Shown piece by piece: positions 1 to 11,320 of a stretch of DNA of 35,741 nt (position 1 is the first letter of the stretch; the number at the start of each line of letters is the position of its first letter). A model generated the notes under the pieces. The model saw only the letters and a list, made by a program, of their open reading frames with translations, searched no databases and was not told the DNA's origin. Both the position numbers and the translations under genes were made by a program. The DNA is from Bipalium vagum (Eukaryota), in the NCBI GenBank assembly GCA_037834085.1, contig JBBMKC010199497.1, positions 1 to 35,741 of the forward strand, in the 5' to 3' direction.

Positions 1-76
<76 letters not shown>
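1..76. repeat. (AAT)n microsatellite, running off the window start, in the intron just upstream of the Kv2 exon
   Basis: Near-perfect ATA/AAT trinucleotide run with one AAC interruption, ending about 10 nt before the tttcag acceptor. Confidence 0.97.
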
Positions 77-79
<3 letters not shown>

Positions 80-86
80 TTTTCAG

Positions 87-1043
87 ATCATTGCTATACT
101 GTCAGTATTATTCATACTCATTTCCATAATCTGCCTAATGATAAGTACTCTACCAAGTCTCCAGTCAAGCAACACCGTTTTCAATACTACTACGAATACC
201 ACGGTCGCTCAAGTGGTGACGGATGACGGACTTCAGCCTTTGGAAATGATTGAGGTGGGCTGTATAATATGGTTTACCTTTGAGTATGTCTGTAGACTGT
301 TTTCTTGCCCAAATAAAAAAAAGTTTATGAAATCCCCCATGAATATGATCGATATCTTAGCCATTTTACCTTATTATATTTCCACGGTTTTCACAAAAAT
401 CTTGCACAGTCAAAACACGGAATCCTTGATTTCCGTACGAAAAGTTGTTCAGGTCTTTCGAATTCTTCGAGTCTTGAGAATTCTGAAACTGGCCCGCCAT
501 TCAACGGGTCTACAAGCCCTCGGATATACTTTACAGAAAAGCTACAAAGAACTCGGAATGTTGGTGATGTTCATTGCTCTCGGTGTTTTGCTGTTTTCCA
601 GCTTGATGTATTTTGCCGAAAAAGACGAAGCCGAGAAGAAATTTATTAGCATTCCAGCAACATTTTGGTGGGCAATAATAACAATGACCACAGTTGGCTA
701 TGGAGACATGGTTCCGAATTCTGCGTTAGGGAAATTCGTTGGTTCATTTTGCTGCATTTGTGGAGTCCTTGTAATAGCTATGCCAATTCCTATAATTGTT
801 AATAATTTTGAAGATTACTATAAAGACCAGTTACGAAGAGAAAAGACATTAAAACGTAAGGAAGATATGGAAAAAGCTAAAGAACAGGGATGTATAGTGT
901 CCAATGAATCTGATGATGAAGAATCTTCTGATTTCACTTTCGGTTCGGATGAAGAAAACGAAAGACTCATGAAAAGGATCACGTACAAAAGCCAATCTCT
1001 CAAACCTCGCAGTTTGACTGACTTTTTCAAGGTACCCTTTTGA
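87..1043 (+). CDS. Shab: Shab/Kv2 (KCNB-family) voltage-gated K+ channel, large exon encoding S1-S6, pore and proximal C-terminus; the N-terminal T1 exons lie upstream of the window. The exon may end at 1031 (AAG|GT donor) in a spliced isoform.
   Basis: The acceptor attttcag ends at 86. The frame [26 protein letters not shown] (S1) is continuous with ORF 138-1043. Also present: S4 [21 protein letters not shown]5 [29 protein letters not shown], pore [16 protein letters not shown]6 [20 protein letters not shown], and a post-S6 segment [29 protein letters not shown] typical of Kv2/Shab. Confidence 0.95.
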   Translation: MIAILSVLFILISIICLMISTLPSLQSSNTVFNTTTNTTVAQVVTDDGLQPLEMIEVGCIIWFTFEYVCRLFSCPNKKKFMKSPMNMIDILAILPYYISTVFTKILHSQNTESLISVRKVVQVFRILRVLRILKLARHSTGLQALGYTLQKSYKELGMLVMFIALGVLLFSSLMYFAEKDEAEKKFISIPATFWWAIITMTTVGYGDMVPNSALGKFVGSFCCICGVLVIAMPIPIIVNNFEDYYKDQLRREKTLKRKEDMEKAKEQGCIVSNESDDEESSDFTFGSDEENERLMKRITYKSQSLKPRSLTDFFKVPF

Positions 1044-1179
1044 TTATTTCAATAATGGAAAGATTAATTTTGATTTCCTTTTTTCATCTTTCCAAATTAT
1101 TTATTTTATTATTTTATTTATTTAATATTTTATTATAAGTGTTCATCAAAGACTTGACCACATGTACTGAAGACTTATA

Positions 1180-2285
1180 CAGGGTGACCAGAAAAAATTG
1201 ATCTTTTAGCAACCGATTATAATAAACAGATATTTACAAAACTATATAACAATTCATAATCTGGACGATAAGAGAAGCAGGAATCCCAGAAAGTCTATTG
1301 AAATATATTAAGAGGAATTACGAGCAATATGCAACGACAGTAAAAGGTTTTCAGTTTTTTTTCGTAGTGGCCTCCTTTGGTTTAATGCACATTTCCAAGC
1401 GTTTCTTGAAATTCCCAGCTCTGGGTCGTAGCTTTTCCGGCGATATTTGATCCCATTCTCGGCGTAAGGATTGTCTCAGTGACTCTAAGCTTTTGTGGCG
1501 CTTACTGCAGACTCTGGCCTCAAAACTTGACATGCACTGTAGTCCATTCGATTGAGATCCGATGGGTATGGCGGTCATTCTGGAAACATGATAAGACCCG
1601 GAAAATTTGCTTTGCACCATTCTTGCGTAGTTTTTTCTTTGTGGACTGGAGCTGAGTCTTGTTGAAATGTCCATTGATGATTGCCGAAGTATTTCTGAGC
1701 CCACTGAAGTACTTCGGCCTCAAGAATCAGACGTCTGTATTTCTTGATTGATTTTGACGCCTTCATCAATGAAAAGAAATTGGTTTTTGCAGGTTCCACA
1801 GATTCTACCGCAAACCACAAGGAGCAGTGGATTTTGACAGAGTTCAAGTGTAGCGGAACAGCCGAGTTTTTGCTAGAGACCAAACTCTATCGTTTTGATG
1901 GTTATGAGCCTGTTCAACGGTGAATAATTTCTCGTCTGTGAAAAGTATTCGCACCCATTGTTGACCAACGGCCCGAGCTTCAGTTTACGACACCTTTGAC
2001 ATATTGTGTTTATTTTTCTCCGTCAAGAACTTTGGATTTAAGCTCATTTTTAGCAATTAGTCTGGCAGATTCACGCTTAATGCTAGTCACAATTGCGAAG
2101 CCTTTGTTCGTGTAGGACAACAATCTTTTCTTGCTGTGTAGTCATGATAATAATTTTAACCTGAAAATTATTTAAAAATTCATCATCACTTAAATAAACA
2201 TAATTCAAATTTTACGGAGAAAAAAACTAAAATTAGCGTGGTAAAACAAAATCAAATTGGTTATCACTTTTTTTTGGTCACCCTA
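1180..2285 (-). mobile_element. Tc1/mariner superfamily, maT-type DD37D transposon, decayed
   Basis: TA flanks at 1178-79 and 2286-87. TIRs are CAGGGTGACCAGAAAAAATTGAT and ATCACTTTTTTTTGGTCACCCTA. Minus-strand motifs: ILFTDEKLFTVEQAHNHQNDRVW and FQQDSAPVH...FPE*PPYPSDLNRMDY, with 37 residues between the 2nd and 3rd D. Stops and frameshifts present. Confidence 0.92.
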
Positions 2286-2364
2286 TATATACAACTCAAA
2301 AAACGGGAGACGATTTGCAAACCGAATTAATTAATCTTCTTAATTAAAAAATATATTTCTTGTA

Positions 2365-3152
2365 AAAAATCGTACCAAAGAAAATATGGTCAAAAATATC
2401 ATACCGTTTGAACGTCTTCCATTCTACGAATTGAGGACATCGAACAATGTTGAGTTGAATGAAACTCAAAATTAGTTGTTCTACTATTTTGATATTCAAA
2501 CATTTTTCTTTCTTTATTCGCAATTTCATTAAGTTTGCGAAATCTTCTAGACTTTGACAGCCCCCACCAGTACGTCGACAAAAGCGACATTCCTTAGAAA
2601 AGATTCTAAACAAATTTTTTGAATGAAGTAAATAAATAATATATTTATGACACAATTTTATTAAAGTTGATCAATCAGGTTTCTTTTCGCTTCCCTATTG
2701 AAAATTTATGTTCCAAACGTCATCTTTCAAAATGGAGCAAGATGAAAAAGAATAAAATTCTCAGATTTCGATACATTTTCACGACTGGCATTCATTATTA
2801 ATTATAACTTAAATTATAAAATTCCGGACAAAATATTACTCAATATCAACTTATTTCGGGTCCAAATATTTATTTTAAAATATTCATCTTAATATTATAA
2901 TAGTGATAAAAAATATTGAATCGAAACTAATGAATGTGAAGTAACAGGCAAAAGCGACACAATTCCAAGATGAAATAAAACTGAGGAATAAAAATTATAC
3001 ATTTTTCAGAACAGTCCGAATTAAATGTTCAAAAAGTATCTTCAGTCACATGTTAACGTAATCACGCCATTCACAGTCATCCAGCAGAGGATTAAATAAT
3101 TTCATGGGTTAATATATATTTTGCCATTGACAAAACTTTTGGTACAACGGTG
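2365..3152 (-). mobile_element. Heavily decayed, internally deleted Tc1-like element (left boundary approximate)
   Basis: The right end reads TA-CACCGTTGTACCAAAAGTTTTG on the minus strand, which is Tc1-like. There is a partial inverted match near 2370 (cgtaccaaa...atggtcaaaaatat). HTH-like fragments CRRTGGG and HCSMSSIRRM lie on the minus strand. Confidence 0.35.
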
Positions 3153-3757
3153 TAAATGTCAATTTTTTCTTTTTTTGATTTAAGAGAAACATTATTGAAA
3201 ATATATTTCTGAACAATAAATAAACAAAATTTCGGCGGTTAAATAGTGAGTTTAATTATTCGATGGAAGACTTCACATTTTAAACCAATCATCTGGAACA
3301 AATAAAAAAATTAAATTTTCAACATTTTTTAATTTTTAATATTTATCAAAATGAAATTTCCTAGAAAATCAATTTAAGAAATAATTTTATCTCAGAACTT
3401 TAAATATTAATGGACACTGCAGTGTAAACTTTTTCTTTGACCAACTTTCATTCATATACGAAAAAATCTCTTACTTTGAATGTCTTTATTATTTATTTTT
3501 TAGATCTCAATAAAAATCCTAGACTGAAAAGCATATTCTAAAGACTAAGAACATATATCACTGCTTACATTGATGTATTAATTAAATATAAAAATATCAA
3601 ATAAAAGTTTTGATTAAAACAAAAATATGATAAAGAATTTCTTAATAAAGTTCATAAAATATAAATAATATTAATAAAAGAGATTTTATAACTGCAAGAT
3701 TTTTAATAAAAATAAAATTTTAAAAATATTTCTTTAAATAAAATAATAATAAAATAA

Positions 3758-3788
<31 letters not shown>

Positions 3789-3874
3789 TCTTATCAACTT
3801 ACAGTATCATTGTTGCATGCAAAAATATCATTGACATAGACAGGTGCTGGATATAATTTAAGATTTATTGATCC

Positions 3875-4381
3875 TGTGGCAGGGTTTAAGTGACCAAGGA
3901 TAGAATTTTTGTTGAGAAAATATTCTAAGAATTATAATAATAATTCTCATTTTTCGCGGATGTCTAAAATAGTCTAATGCATTTGGCAAAAAAATAAAAC
4001 TGATAGTTAAATTGTTCGATTAACGGAAGCTTTCTGAGCGGGTAAATTTTATCGAATAAATCTTAAAGGGAGAGATTTACTGAGGTGGAATAAAGTATTA
4101 TCAAAAATTTAGTTGGCAATTATCACTAAGTTTGTTGTAGTAATTTTGGACTCCAAAATTAAAGGGAGTGAGATTGATAATAGATAATAGTGACAATTGT
4201 TCTCATTGACTAAGAAAAAATCAAAAATGTTTGCAAATCCTAAAATAAGACGCCAGAAGGGGTCAGATAATAAATTCTCAAAATTGAGGCACAAAGAATT
4301 CAGTTTCACCGAAGCTCATCGTCGGTCACGGAATAACGACGATGACTTAAATTCGTTGAACCAAATGAAGCACGTTATCCA
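3875..4381. mobile_element. Candidate solo LTR
   Basis: 507-bp GC-richer block beginning TG and ending CA, flanked by the identical 5-bp GATCC (3870-74 and 4382-86). Internal AATAAA motifs present. Terminal inverted complementarity is limited to TG/CA. Confidence 0.4.
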
Positions 4382-5230
4382 GATCCCCTTACCGGGATAG
4401 TGTTAAATCAATGGAAAATATATTTGTTTTCAAGGAATAAATTTTAATGGATATTAAATATAAATAATAAATCATAAATATTTTTAAAATAAATTTTAAA
4501 GTAATATATTAAAATTAAAAATTATTAAAATTTAATTATTTTACACAAAATTAAACAACATTAACAATATACCGACGACCGATTTATACATTACACAATT
4601 ATCATTACATTATATATATTATTATTTTATAATATTTTTCCCATATATTATGAAGGTTTTTATAATAAAATTCGATTATTTCTGAACTCCTTTTCTTCAT
4701 TTAACTGAAATCATGAAATTTTATAATGGATATCTTAACGATAGATATAATATTATATTCTAAAAAATAAAAAAATAAAAAATTTTATATATTACATTAT
4801 ATTTTATATATATTATATAAATATTATCAAAAATTAAATTAAATTATTTATTTATTTTTCATAAATATTTTTTCTTTAATTCTTTTTACCTATAAAAACG
4901 TACTTTAAAAGTAAAATAAATTAAAAAATTAACTCTGTTGCTCAAAGATAAAAGTTACTTGTTTAATAAAGTCAGCGAACCAAGGAAAACATGGAGGTAA
5001 ATTTATCATCTGTGAAGCATCCATTGAGAACTTTGAATTTTTTATTGCTGCAATTATTTTTATATTTTAGAATAATTTATGTTTGTAAATTGTTTAATAA
5101 TTAATCTAGTGGACAACAGCAAAGTAGTGTCATATAAAGGACAGGCCTTCAGTTTTCAAAATTTTCATTCTTCTTTAATTAAGAAATTATTTTTTTTATT
5201 TCAATTTTAATAAAATTAAATTTTTATTAA

Positions 5231-5697
5231 CTAATCATATTTCAATAAGTTTTTTAAACAGGTTACATGTAAAGGATTATTATAGATTTTATTAATTAGG
5301 CTTCCACACATTGCAATTCTTTCAGGATAATCTTCGTCATGTAACTTAGGAATAATTTCGATCTTGTTTTGAAAAAGTTGAAGATATTTTTCGTATGTAT
5401 ATTTTAAAAAAGTACAATCACTTTCCTTAGCAGCAATACTTTTGGCTGTCTCAGGCGCTTCTTTATAAATCTGACATACATTTTTCATATTTTTTCATCT
5501 TAAATTGAAAGTCTTCCAGATTCCCAAAGATCACAAATACTCCTAGTCTCTTTGAATTTTGCAAATATCTTCCTCATTGTCCTCGATGTAGTTAGAATTT
5601 TTTATTTTGGGTGTTCTGAATGCTGTTTGAATAATGTGACTAACTCCATTACATATAATTAAAATAATATTTTCACTCTTTCTTCAATGGAGAACAT
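5231..5697 (-). mobile_element. N-terminal (HTH) fragment of a Tc1/mariner-superfamily transposase, rosa/DD41D-like
   Basis: MFSIEERVKI...TSRTMRKIFAKFKETRSICDLWESGRLS...KIEIIPKLHDEDYPERIAMC resembles the typical KF.ETGSV.D..RSGRP and YKIQ..Q.L...D...R..FC motifs. The catalytic domain is absent, so the family call is tentative. Confidence 0.7.
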
Positions 5698-6489
5698 TAT
5701 TAAAATTTATTCAAAATTTTTTTTTTATTCCAATCTATTTTACTGCAATTAAATTCGATAACATTGACTGATTAAAACAATTTCATTTCTTAGAAAAATG
5801 TAAATTAAATGTATGTAATAATAATAATATATTTTGTTGAGCTCCAAAATTCGATATTTACTTTACTTTATACACATATTTTTTGAATAAATAAATAAAC
5901 ATATTTATATATATATATATAATATCTAAATTATTATAATTATTATTTATTATATTATTTGCTTATTTTACATAATTCTTAATATTATTTATCCGACACC
6001 AGACGTGTTATATTATAAACTTTTAGTCAAAATATTCAATTTGTAAGCAAAAGAGAATAATTATATTCACCGTAAAACCAATGGATGAAAAAATTTGTAA
6101 ATATATAATACTAAATTTAGGAGGAGTAAAAGGTCGTAAAGAGCGATCAAGCATAATTCCATTACTACCTAATTAGAGCAATTCGATTAACTTTTAATAT
6201 ATATACCCACTGATTTAACATGAATTTAATAATTAATCTTCACAAGTTCTACGGAATAAAAAATTGCTATCCATAGGGAATAAAATGATTTCATTATTTT
6301 ATGTAATTATGCCCTCGGCAGAAGAAATTAAGAAATATTAGTTAAATGAGGGAACATGTACATTGAAACATTATTTATGACATTTTTCATAGAACAGTGT
6401 ATCATGGGATTAATGGTTCTTTGGATTTGTACTTTGAGTAGTTTAAGATTTTACTGGTTGTGCTTAAATGCGAATTTTTGCTAATACAT

Positions 6490-6720
6490 ATGCTGTAGTG
6501 ACTTTGTTTCCCCTGTGTATAGGCTATAACCCCAATAACATTAAAATTGATAAACGATATTAGGTTGTAATATTGCAGACATTGGCTTTTTAATTTTTAA
6601 ATACTTTTTCGGTTTCGATGTAATTGATAGTATATTTGTATCCTCAGATTCCACAACTTTTTTATTATCTTCTTGAAGGCTGCAGACCATGTTGAAAATC
6701 GTAATTTTACTATCTTTTAT
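6490..6720 (-). mobile_element. Penelope-like retroelement GIY-YIG endonuclease remnant
   Basis: The minus strand reads KKPMSAILQPNIVYQF*CYWGYSLYTGETK, matching the PLE pattern NVVY.F.C.C...YIGET. Confidence 0.6.
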
Positions 6721-7316
6721 TTATAATTGTTTAAAAGTTCGTAAACATAAAGTCTGAATGAAATAATTACTTCAATAAAGGCCTCGCGATAATGTATTAT
6801 TTTATATTTATTATAATCTATTGATTATAATTATTATTATTATATATTATTATTTTTATTATTATATAATTATTATTATATTTATTTTTTGTTGTTCTTT
6901 ATAAATATTTATTTTTTCTGTAATAATAAGTTAAAATAAATTATAATCACTGAAAAAATTAATTGTGACCTTCTCGACAACTTTCAGTCTAAATATCACC
7001 ACAAATATCAACAAGAACTGTGGAAAATAATCGTAATTTAGTGACTTCCTTTCATAAAAATAATAATAATAATAATAATAATTAATTTCTTACTTGAAAG
7101 TGACTTGCTTTAATTATCTTTAATAAAATATAGACGATTATTAGAAATTATATTTCTTAGGGAAATTAACGACGTCTTCATTCATTCGAAATATTTCATC
7201 ATTCACTGAAAATATTTGATCAGATGTGAAATAATAAATTATTATAAAATAATAATGTCAATTTTTTTCATATTTACTCTAATTTTATCTCATTAAAATT
7301 TCTTAAATGCTCACAG

Positions 7317-7742
7317 AATGACTCAAAGACGTCAATATTCAAGCCAAACCGACCACGGACCGCTTCTTTCAGCTTCTCGCCCCCTGCGAAGAAAAGCCAA
7401 TTCAGTTCTTCAAATCACGCTTTACACAAAGTCGATGAAAAGAGAAACAAATATCAAAAGCAATCGATTCCATTAGAGAAAACGGAAGTTTTTCGCAATG
7501 TTAGTTTGGAATTGAATAGAAAAAAATTTCCAAATCGCAATGATCAAGGCGTAGGAGAAGTTCTCAATGAAGGCCTGTCACCATCAACATCAGTTTCCAA
7601 TCATAAGGAGGTCTTGAAAGACAATCTGATTGAATTATCATTTGGAAATTATGACAACTACTTAAAGGATACAGTGATAGACATGGATGCCAAATCCCAA
7701 TCTTCTTGTTATGTCTCAGCATTTTCCAAAAATGCTCAGTAG
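7317..7742 (+). CDS. Probable terminal coding exon (141 aa + stop), most likely the distal C-terminus of the Kv2/Shab gene
   Basis: The acceptor ...tttcttaaatgctcacag ends at 7316. The frame from 7317 (NDSKTSIFKPNRPRTASFSFSPPAKK...SQSSCYVSAFSKNAQ*) is stop-free, in frame with ORF 7506-7742, and clearly GC-richer than its flanks. Phase 0 matches the donor at 1031/1032. AATAAA occurs at 7970 and 8024. No TE motifs seen. Confidence 0.65.
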   Translation, partial: NDSKTSIFKPNRPRTASFSFSPPAKKSQFSSSNHALHKVDEKRNKYQKQSIPLEKTEVFRNVSLELNRKKFPNRNDQGVGEVLNEGLSPSTSVSNHKEVLKDNLIELSFGNYDNYLKDTVIDMDAKSQSSCYVSAFSKNAQ

Positions 7743-9559
7743 ATGTGTATATATAAAATGAATTTGACTGTTACCCAATCTTCCTCATAAAAAGTATTGA
7801 ATATATTCTTATTACAATTATATCCTTTTTATAATGAAAGTATATATGTGATGCTTTGACTAGTCTAGCAGACTTCATAAACTTTACTGAAACAATATAA
7901 GCTTCATGGAAATAGGCATGTGTAGATTTTATATTGTATTTACAATATATCTTGCAATTGCTGTTAGATAATAAAATCTGTAAGATGAGACCGTCATCCC
8001 ATTTATATTTTTTCATGTTCTTTAATAAAAGAACGTGCAAGCATTGTTCAATACGTTAAAACGACCGTGTAAGGTAAATATGATGAAAAGGAATAAAACA
8101 AGATTCTGAAGAAATATATCTATGGAATGTTATTCTGAGAGAGGATGATGAAGAATATCAACAGTTCGAACCTTCTTCATTCTCTTTAGACCTTCAAATA
8201 TGCCAGTATTACAGACATTTCAATCAATGAAAATCAGATATGTTCCTATTTTTAAAAAATTGTATGTATTTATAAAAACTACAAAAAAATTATTATGATT
8301 ATACACTGAATAAAATTTGCTTGACTTCTCAGTAAAATTGTACTAATTTTTATGAACCGTACCATTAAAAAGTGTTTATTATTAGTAATATTTTATTAAA
8401 GTGACATTAATAGATATTAAAAAAACTATAATTTAAATTCTTTTGATTTGGGATATTTTTAAAAGGAACGTATTGATCTTTGAAAAATTAATCTCGAATA
8501 TTTTAGCAACTTTTTCTTAAAAACTAAAATATTTTATTAATGCAGGTTGATAATAAATAAATTTGGTTTTGGTCTCTGTTGTTTTATTATATCATTTACT
8601 TAGTAACAAGGTAATTATTTTAAAAAAAACGGTAAAATAAGTAAATCTAAACAAAACAGGTTGAACTAAAGTTACTTTCAATTAAATTTAATGATAATTA
8701 ATTTAGAGACAAAGTGAATTTTATATAATAAAATTAGAGTGGATTCAAATTTTGTTATATTTTCAACATTTTAAAAAATATTTATTAATGATAATCTGGG
8801 AATAATGTTATCTTTAAATAAAATGATTTGTATAGGATTGAGAATAAACTATGATAGGCTGATATGAAATTCAATTCAAGGTTGGATATGTCATTTACTA
8901 TTGGATTATTCCATGACCAATATTTAACTTCAAACAGAAATAGCAAAAAATATAAATAATAAAATTAATTAATTATTGTAGGAGAACTGCGTAATAACCT
9001 ACTAACTGAGAAAGACTAAATACGAATGCTAAATCAGTTAAAACCAAAAATGATGTTCGAAATATTTATTTGTTAATTACAAATACTGCGTTAATGTGAA
9101 ATTTCGGAGGAATGAATCAGAGAATCGGTTAGAATTAGTCGACTCAAGTAATTAATTTTTTGAGTGGAGAGATTATAAAACAAAATATAAAAACATGGAT
9201 TTTCAGCGGGAAAAAGAAGCTTATTATTAGTAATAAAATCTAGATTTTACCTTTTAGATTTTTAAAGTTCTGTGTAGAGCTTTTGACACATGACGTGGAT
9301 CTCACACTTCTCTCCTCTGAAAATTTCTCGTCTCGAAAAGAAAAGAAAAATGGAAGTTCGAAGGAACCTTCCTAAATATTCTTATCAAAATAAATCAGGT
9401 ATTCTAAAAGAGAATACAGTCTAATCCACATAATATCACAGCGTCCATTACAATGAAAATAATTATTTTAACATCCAGAAATTGGTCTAACTAGTTAAGT
9501 TAAAATATATTAAATTAATTAAAAATATGAACCCCAAACTTTTACTTTGGTATAATGTA

Positions 9560-10530
9560 ATTGTTGCAATGAATTTTCATTACCACTTGTTGCTTGATTT
9601 CATGGTGTTTTGTTTCTCAAAAGAACCGGGTATATATACTTGCTCTGGTGCCTTGGCTCACTTAAGCGGAAATTTATATTTTTTTCTCAATTGTATCATC
9701 CTTTTATTTTACACAATTTGGTTTCCACTTTTTAAAAGTAAATTCTTTTAATCTGTCTTTATTCTTTTGATAATATTTTAATAAAAATCAGATTGCACTT
9801 TGTTTTTCCAAATTTTATTTTTTCTCAAAAATGGGACGACCTCATTGTTGAAAAGGTTGTTGTTTTTCTAAACCATTGATAAAAAAGTTTAATATTAACA
9901 CATGACATTAGATCATGTATTTGTAACGGTCTAGGTCGCAAGCTAAACTTTTAAAAGGAGGTTTACAACTGGGCTTACCAACTCCCTCGAAGAAAGTGTA
10001 AATAATAGAAAACTCACAAATATACAAATCGATTAACAAAATAAGATATATTTGTTATCACAAATGCAAGGTTAGAAATCTATTCAATCAAACAATATTC
10101 AAAATTAAAAACGATTAATTAATAAAATCTCTTCTTGACTTTATGAAGTCCTGATAACAAAAATGCGTATTCTGTCTACTAGAGCGAAGCAGAATCGAAT
10201 TAGCGAGAGAACAATATAAAAAACAAAAATATTTAAAAGTTAGTGATGAGAAGAATTTCCTTCTATCACTAAATATATGTTAATTAATTAATTATTTAAG
10301 TTTAACTCGATCGGTTAAAAACTTTTGGAATTAATACAAATTCCTTACCTATTATTATTACCGGCATCTTAAAAATACCTTTAATTTGAATAGCTGTAGG
10401 CGTATTCTCAGATTTATTAAGGAAGTTTTGAATGTGAAAACCAGGAGTTTATATATTTCGGTTTTCCACATTCTAGAGCTTCTCATTGGCTCTATTTTAA
10501 CTTAACTAAATATAAATTTATGTGTGGGCG
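9560..10530 (-). mobile_element. Possible very decayed Gypsy-like integrase / LTR retrotransposon fragments
   Basis: Minus-strand fragments NRANEKL...KYIN..W...LP...EYAYS (about 10390-10500) and FKSGNQIV...KYKFPLK*..P.QV (about 9630-9740) loosely resemble the integrase core and the GPY/F region. Confidence 0.25.
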
Positions 10531-10994
10531 GTTTCTATTTTAAGTACGTTTTACTTACTAATTATAGAATTTGAATAGATGATGACTATAGAACTTATTA
10601 TATTTATTAACCCTACAACCGCATCACTTATTTATGTTAAGTTATTTTATTTCCATAATAATAATAATGATTAATCATGTGGGTTAATATTTTAATTAAT
10701 CTCTTACTCCACGATTTATATATTTAATTTTAAAATGATTATTATTTATAACTTTATTAATAATTTAAATATTATTTTTTACAACATAAAATATAAAATC
10801 ACATTCCTTTTTCACTCTCCACTTTCTATGTAATTTAGGTCCAGAGGGTTTGGTCGGTTTTGATATTTTTGTCATCTAGCTATTCCAAAAGTGAATCGCC
10901 AGACTCGACTTATCACTAAAATTGAAACAGGATCAAGTCATTAAAGAACCTTCTCTAGTGAGTCTCTTTGAAAAAATAATGTCTTCATTTCTCA

Positions 10995-11320
10995 AGTCAT
11001 GCTTAAAGTAGGCTAGCAGCAGACTGGTCCAACTAAATTAAACTTCTCGTAACTCAAAATGAAATGTTTCCATTCGTCGCCTCATGTAAGTTAATCTTTC
11101 GTTCAATGTAAATGCTTTATTTTGTGTTAGACTTGCATAGGTGGCTTAACCATCAATTTCTTTTGTTTTAAAAAATTTAGAAATTGTTTAAAATATGATA
11201 TACAGTTAATCTCCTTGCTTTCACTTAAATGAATATCTTCAATAATTGTGGAAATTGAAATCGACTCATTGCCAGCAATCAACCGGTTAGTTTTGGTAAA
11301 AAGCTTTATTTTGGACATAT
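10995..11320 (-). mobile_element. Possible CR1/L2-group LINE ORF1 C-terminal remnant
   Basis: Across a frameshift, the minus strand reads IYI(N)ERLTYMRRR...FSWTS, like the IYINE.LT...R......F.WT motif at the end of these ORF1 proteins. Confidence 0.35.

Noticed and set aside
138-140. ATG at 138 as the Kv2 start codon
   Set aside because: It lies inside S1. The frame extends to a splice acceptor at 86/87, and the T1 domain must be encoded upstream of the window.
900-1040. FFAT motif in the acidic stretch [17 protein letters not shown] or in TDFFKVPF
   Set aside because: Core positions 4-5 do not fit the FFAT consensus.
1575-1577. TGA at conserved Trp positions in several transposases, suggesting an alternative genetic code
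   Set aside because: The Kv2 exon uses TGG for Trp, and the same elements carry frameshifts. This is ordinary decay.
4262-4330. Hammerhead-like string on the minus strand (ACGATGA-GC-TTCG-GT-GAAAC with a possible stem III)
   Set aside because: The core lacks C3/U4, the stem III base next to the cleavage site is mismatched, and no stem I can form.
8977-9452. Solo LTR TGTAG...TTACA
   Set aside because: No matching TSD and no adjacent PPT.
9965-9985. PBS-like TGGTAAGCCCAG on the minus strand
   Set aside because: Could not be matched to a tRNA 3' end I recognise, nor to an adjacent LTR end.
10240-10272. Hairpin ttagtgatgagaag / cttctatcactaa
   Set aside because: Short, AT-rich and without context. 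Not enough for an ncRNA or terminator call.
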